NCBI RefSeq assembly: GCF_000020385.1
Contig: NC_010814.1
Coordinates: 1,620,001 to 1,652,000, forward strand
Direction: 5' to 3'
Source: Trichlorobacter lovleyi SZ
Lineage (GTDB): Bacteria; Desulfobacterota; Desulfuromonadia; Geobacterales; Pseudopelobacteraceae
Length of the DNA stretch: 32,000 bases
Shown here: positions 28,084 through 32,000 of the stretch, piece after piece
How positions within the stretch are numbered: the first letter of the stretch is position 1
Layout of the letters: each line of letters opens with the position of its first letter
Notes under the pieces: model-generated
Told to the model about the DNA's origin: nothing
Databases searched by the model: none
Seen by the model: the letters and a program-made list of their open reading frames with translations, nothing else
Position numbers and translations under genes: made by a program

Positions 28084-28541
28084 CCAACGATAACGCCCTG
28101 CAGATGACCCCTGAAGATCACCAGAAGGCCTTTACCGAGGTGGCCTTTCTGATTGAGAGCTTTGCCAACACCATTGATAATATCATGGGTGGTGCCACGG
28201 CGCCGGTGGGCAGGATTGCCGGTCGCTCCATTGCCCGCAAGCTGCCGCTTAACCTGCAGCAGCCAACACTTGCATCGGTGCTGGAGGTTCTTGCCAAACG
28301 GATGCAGGCCGGTTTCCAGATGACCGCCAGCACCACCAATGATACCTCGTCAGAGCTCACCTTTGAACGTTGCGCCCTGCGTGATGTCTGTGCGTTACGT
28401 TCCATGGAAACCGGCAGTGCAGTCTGCAGGCTGTTTCATTCCTACTTTGACGGTATGGTCAATGAGCTTTTGCACCGGCCGGTCAAGTCAGAAATCGTTG
28501 AAACCGGTCAGGTATGCAGAATAACCACCTGCAGCCAGTGA
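28080..28541 (+). CDS. V4R-domain-like small protein (paralogue of 24796-25320)
   Basis: 153 aa, with ATGA overlap with the ferredoxin stop. 'FERCALRDVCALRSMETGSAVCRLFHSYFDGMVNELL...ETGQVCRITT' has the same Cys/Gly pattern as the first V4R-like protein. Confidence 0.5.
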   Translation: MTNDNALQMTPEDHQKAFTEVAFLIESFANTIDNIMGGATAPVGRIAGRSIARKLPLNLQQPTLASVLEVLAKRMQAGFQMTASTTNDTSSELTFERCALRDVCALRSMETGSAVCRLFHSYFDGMVNELLHRPVKSEIVETGQVCRITTCSQ

Positions 28542-29044
28542 CTGCTGCCCGGGCCCTAGTGGTCTGTATCGGCAATGAACTGGTGGCTGATGACGCAGTG
28601 GGGCATGCAGTCTTTACGCAGCTCACTGAGCAGGGACTACCGGAGGATGTCAGGCTGGAATACTGCGGTGTCGGCGGTATTGCCCTGCTGGAGCTGCTGA
28701 CCGGCCAGGAAGAGCTGATGATCGTGGTTGATGCAGTGCAACTTGGCGACCCAATCGGTACGGTACGACGCTGGCCCTGGGATGAACTGCCGGTGCTTGA
28801 AGGGGGCAGCGCCATCTCTGCCCACGGCATTGGACTGAAAGATACGCTGGCCATCGGGCAGACCCTGTACCCGGAACGGATGCCGCAACAGATCCTGCTG
28901 GTGGGGGTTGAGGGTCGCTGTTTTGATCAACTGGGTGTTGCCATGACCCCCGACGTTGCTGCTGCTGTACCGTTTGCGGTAGCGGCCATCTGCAAAGAAC
29001 TGAATCTGTCGTTGTTACCAAACCAGGCAGGAGACCAGCCATGA
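28514..29044 (+). CDS. hydrogenase maturation endopeptidase (HycI/HoxW/FrhD family)
   Basis: 'ALVVCIGNELVADDAVGHAV' matches the GNxxxxDDGxG motif, and 'DAVQLG...PG' and 'HGIGL' are present. An alternative GTG start at 28538 would give a GTGA overlap with the upstream stop and a more typical N-terminus. Confidence 0.85.
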   Translation: MQNNHLQPVTAARALVVCIGNELVADDAVGHAVFTQLTEQGLPEDVRLEYCGVGGIALLELLTGQEELMIVVDAVQLGDPIGTVRRWPWDELPVLEGGSAISAHGIGLKDTLAIGQTLYPERMPQQILLVGVEGRCFDQLGVAMTPDVAAAVPFAVAAICKELNLSLLPNQAGDQP

Positions 29045-30621
29045 GTGATCAACAAGTAACCGTCTATAACGCCATCCATGCTGTTGCAGAGGCGATGGTG
29101 GCTGGCAGGCTTGACCAGCGCTGCGATACTGCCGGGCATACTACCCAGGATGCAGAACTGCTGGATCTGGTGAACGGTATGCTGGACGCGCTGATTGCGC
29201 CGATGCGGCTGGCAGGCCATGCCCTGGACGAGATTGCCCACGGACGGATCCCCCCCTTTGTGATTGATGAGTATCAGGGCGAGTACAATACCATCAAACA
29301 GAACATCAATACCCTGTTGGCCATTCTGTACGGCATGCATAAAGAGACCACCAACCTGACCGATTCGGTGCGGGAGGGTAACCTGAAGACCAGGGGCAAT
29401 GACTGGGATTATGACGGTATCTGGAAAGAGCTGATCAGGGGCATGAACGGTACACTGGATGCGGTGCTTGATCCGGTTAACGAAGCCAGTAGTGTGCTGG
29501 GCCGCCTGGCAGGCTATGACCTGAGTGCCCGGATGCGGGGCCGTTACCACGGTGACCATGCCGTAATCCGCAAGGCCATGAACACCACTGCCGAGGCGCT
29601 GCACAGTGCTATTTCTCAAGTGGCTGAAACCGTGGAGCTGGTATCAGAGGCAGGCCAGCAGATCAGCGAAGGCAACGCGGTTGTATCTGACGGCGCTGCA
29701 GAGCAGAGTAGCCAGCTGGCTGAGACCTCCAGTAATCTGGAGCGGATTGCCGTCGGTGCGGCAACCAGTACCAGCAAGACCAGCGAGGCCAGGGAAAAGG
29801 TCCACGAAGCTGCCCAGACCATGGAACAGGCCCAGGAGTCAATGGAGCAGATGCTGGGGGCGATGGTCAGGGTGCGTGAGGCAGCGGAAAACACCACCGC
29901 CATTGTCAATGAGATCGACGGGATTGCCAAAGAGACCGGCACCCTTTCCACCAGCGCCATGGACAAGGCGATCAGGATCAGGACCTCGGCAGGCGGATTC
30001 GGGGTGGTTGCCCATGAGATCAGAAAACTGGGGCAACGCTGCACCGAAACGGCAAAGGGGATGAAGCAGTTCAGCAAGCAGGTTGCATTGGGCGATGGTG
30101 AAGAGGCTGATAAGCTGCGGGATGACTTCCAGTTGCTGATCGATGATCTGGAAGATGTGGCCATGTTCTCAAACCTGCTGGGGGTGAATGCCGCCATTGA
30201 GGCCGCCCATGTGGAAGGGGCCGGTAATGACTTCAAGTTGTTGACCGACGAGATTCACAGCCTGGCCAGCCGTTCTGCCGATGCAGCCAAGCGGACCGAG
30301 CAGATGACCCGTACCTCGTTGCAGCTTTCCCGTAGTGGTGAAGAACTGTCACGGGATATCAACCGGCAGCTGCGCGGTGCGGTCGAAGGGGCCAGGACCA
30401 TCAGTCTGCTGACTGATGAGATCTCCAGAGCTACGGCGGAACAGGCTGACGGCATTGACCAGATCAACCAGGCGGTTGCCCAGATCAATCAGGTCACCCA
30501 GAAGAACGCCGACAGTGCTGCCCACTCATCTGAGGCAGCCCGGGGGCTTGAGCGCCAGGTGGATAAGCTCTCCAGCATGGTACAGAAGTTCAGATTAGAG
30601 ACAGCGCCCGCCCAGGCGTGA
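29041..30621 (+). CDS. soluble methyl-accepting chemotaxis protein-like transducer (HAMP-like repeats + atypical duplicated signalling domain)
   Basis: 526 aa with no hydrophobic TM segment and ATGA overlap with the endopeptidase stop. Four repeats of the type 'xGxLxxR...N..L' in aa 1-195. MCP signalling helices: 'AAEQSSQLAETSSNLE', 'NLLGVNAAIEAAHVEGAG', 'GGFGVVAHEIRKLGQR', 'ATAEQADGIDQINQAVAQINQVTQKNA'. Confidence 0.8.
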   Translation: MSDQQVTVYNAIHAVAEAMVAGRLDQRCDTAGHTTQDAELLDLVNGMLDALIAPMRLAGHALDEIAHGRIPPFVIDEYQGEYNTIKQNINTLLAILYGMHKETTNLTDSVREGNLKTRGNDWDYDGIWKELIRGMNGTLDAVLDPVNEASSVLGRLAGYDLSARMRGRYHGDHAVIRKAMNTTAEALHSAISQVAETVELVSEAGQQISEGNAVVSDGAAEQSSQLAETSSNLERIAVGAATSTSKTSEAREKVHEAAQTMEQAQESMEQMLGAMVRVREAAENTTAIVNEIDGIAKETGTLSTSAMDKAIRIRTSAGGFGVVAHEIRKLGQRCTETAKGMKQFSKQVALGDGEEADKLRDDFQLLIDDLEDVAMFSNLLGVNAAIEAAHVEGAGNDFKLLTDEIHSLASRSADAAKRTEQMTRTSLQLSRSGEELSRDINRQLRGAVEGARTISLLTDEISRATAEQADGIDQINQAVAQINQVTQKNADSAAHSSEAARGLERQVDKLSSMVQKFRLETAPAQA

Positions 30622-30895
30622 TTGTGCCGTTGTAATAATGGGTCAGGCCGATGTTGCTGGATGCCTTCCTCCCTGCTGCTGGCTGCAAAACGTAATCTGG
30701 TGTTGACTGCGGTTGCCTCTTCGTAGCATTCATCTCTCTCTGCTGCTTGCCAACGGCCGCCGGATCGGCAGCATCACGTATTTGTGATGCAGACTGGATC
30801 TGCTATGGCTTGTACTGCTGTTGTTGACGGAGTGCGATCATGTATGCGGGCGATTGTCAACTGGTTGGAAAAAAGTCCAGGGGTGAACAAACACG

Positions 30896-32000
30896 ATGAT
30901 TGATCCGTTACTGAAGGCCTACACCAGTGATCTTGCAGTGCTGTGTGTGGAGGATGATCCGGTGGGGGCTGCCCTCATCCGTAAAATGCTGGAGCCGCTC
31001 TTTGGCCATGTCTACAGCGCCACGAACGGGGCTGAGGGGTTGCAGCAGTTTTATCAGCAGCAGCCGGATCTGATCGTCAGCGACCTGATGATGCCGGTCA
31101 TGGATGGCATCGGTATGCTCAGGGAGATTCGCAAAAGCAACCAGAAAACGCCGGTTCTGTTGATGACCGCTTCGCTGGAGCATGTTCATCTGGTTGAGGC
31201 GATTAATCTCGGGGTTTCAAAGTTTCTGGCAAAACCGCTGCGAGTCGATGCCTTGCAACGGGCGCTGTTTGCTGTTACCAGAGAGCTGTATCTGGAAAGG
31301 GTTGCCGAGCAGGCCCGGCAACAGGAAGTGGAGCTGCTGCAGTACCGCAACCGTTATCACTCCCGGCAGCAGGAGCTGGCGCAGGCCAAGGAACGCCATA
31401 TCGTCAGTAACCTGCTTGAGACGCAGTATCTCAGGCACGCTGATCATGGGGGCTGGCTGGTGGATCTGCTGCAGCAACCCCGTGATATCATGTCGGGTGA
31501 CAGCTACTCGGTTGTCAGGACAAATGACAATACCCTGTTGCTGTTTCTGGCAGATGCCATGGGACATGGTCTGTCCGCCTCGGTTACTTCCATGCTGGCC
31601 ACTGCTTTCTTTAACTATGCGGTACAGGGTTACAGCTCTGGAGAACTTGAATTCGCGGCTTTGGCCACCAGCGTCATGAACTTTGCCGCCCAGAATCTGC
31701 TGGAGGATGAGGTGTTCAGCGGGCTGGTGCTTGAACTGGACCCGCAGCGTAAATCAGTGCAGCTTGCCAGCTGCGGCATGCCGGCTCTGCTGCTGGCGCG
31801 TAACGGCAGGGTTGAACGGATACGGGGGGCAAACCCGCCGGTTTCCGCTTTTCTGCCGCCGTTGCAACTGCAGCGGATCAATCTGGATGGCGTAAGCGAT
31901 ATCCTGCTTGCAACCGATGGGCTGGGGGATGCGGCGACCCGAGAAGGCGGGGCGTACCGTGAACGTCTGAGCACGGATCTGCTCGGTACTGCCACCACCC
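30896..32000 (+). CDS. response regulator with PP2C/SpoIIE serine phosphatase output (RsbU-like), 3'-truncated by the window edge
   Basis: Not in the ORF track because it has no stop inside the window. I translated it codon by codon from ATG 30896 to nt 31999 and found no stop. REC: 'VLCVEDDP', 'DLIVSDLMMPVMDG', 'KPL'. PP2C: 'GDSYSVV...LLLFLADAMGHGLSASVTS', 'ATDGL'. An in-frame TGA lies at 30884-30886. Confidence 0.85.
   Translation, partial: MIDPLLKAYTSDLAVLCVEDDPVGAALIRKMLEPLFGHVYSATNGAEGLQQFYQQQPDLIVSDLMMPVMDGIGMLREIRKSNQKTPVLLMTASLEHVHLVEAINLGVSKFLAKPLRVDALQRALFAVTRELYLERVAEQARQQEVELLQYRNRYHSRQQELAQAKERHIVSNLLETQYLRHADHGGWLVDLLQQPRDIMSGDSYSVVRTNDNTLLLFLADAMGHGLSASVTSMLATAFFNYAVQGYSSGELEFAALATSVMNFAAQNLLEDEVFSGLVLELDPQRKSVQLASCGMPALLLARNGRVERIRGANPPVSAFLPPLQLQRINLDGVSDILLATDGLGDAATREGGAYRERLSTDLLGTATT

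Noticed and set aside
28927-30236. Two long minus-strand ORFs (230 aa and 206 aa) antisense to the MCP gene.
   Set aside because: The plus-strand frame carries the MCP signalling motifs and is translationally coupled to the upstream gene. The antisense products have no motifs and show Ala/Ser/Thr-rich composition mirroring the MCP heptads.
30703-30729. TTGACT-N15-TAGCAT as a sigma70 promoter for the REC-PP2C gene.
   Set aside because: The 15-nt spacer is shorter than optimal and the -10 is poor. It is recorded only as a possibility, and the gene may instead be read through from the MCP operon.
31182-31998. Track ORFs 31182-31679 (+), 31683-31895 (+), 31217-31567 (-) and 31630-31998 (-).
   Set aside because: All overlap the open-ended frame starting at 30896, which encodes coherent REC and PP2C/SpoIIE motifs. 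The alternatives are Cys/Trp/Arg-rich with no motifs.
1-32000. Mobile elements, CRISPR arrays, tRNA/rRNA genes, and toxin-antitoxin or defence-system genes.
   Set aside because: I saw no transposase/integrase-like ORFs, no terminal inverted repeats, no regularly spaced direct repeats and no tRNA-like cloverleaf regions. The ORFs I accept as genes all fit metabolic, envelope or signalling families.

Overview
The window looks like chromosome from a Desulfuromonadales/Geobacter-like anaerobe; this is inferred from gene content only, with no search run. It falls into four blocks.

(i) 1-9.5 kb: on the minus strand, a 2547-aa FAS-like, fully reducing type I PKS (KS-AT-DH-degenerate MT-psiKR-ER-KR-ACP, no TE). 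It is translationally coupled to an alpha-oxoamine synthase. Both converge on an edge-truncated, plus-strand formyltransferase-family gene.

(ii) 9.8-13 kb: dgkA, glgC, a Spy/CpxP-like periplasmic protein, and an internally duplicated Ser/Pro-rich protein with four EF-hands.

(iii) 13.2-24.6 kb, plus strand: one tightly packed signalling operon. It encodes REC-HD-GYP, a ModA-like periplasmic binding protein and three paralogous hybrid histidine kinases.

(iv) 24.8-30.6 kb, plus strand: seven genes, six of them start/stop coupled. They encode a cytoplasmic Mvh-like (group-3-type) [NiFe]-hydrogenase small and large subunit, a 2x[4Fe-4S] ferredoxin, a maturation endopeptidase, two four-Cys V4R-like proteins and a soluble MCP with a duplicated signalling tip. 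A REC-PP2C response regulator follows; it runs off the right edge and is missing from the ORF track.

I saw no rRNA, tRNA, CRISPR, IS or phage elements. The most unusual feature is the hydrogenase-V4R-MCP operon, a candidate H2/redox-sensing module with no MvhD/Hdr partner in the window. Second is the TE-less PKS plus alpha-oxoamine synthase lipid/signal cassette. All family calls rest on motifs read by eye. No database search was run.
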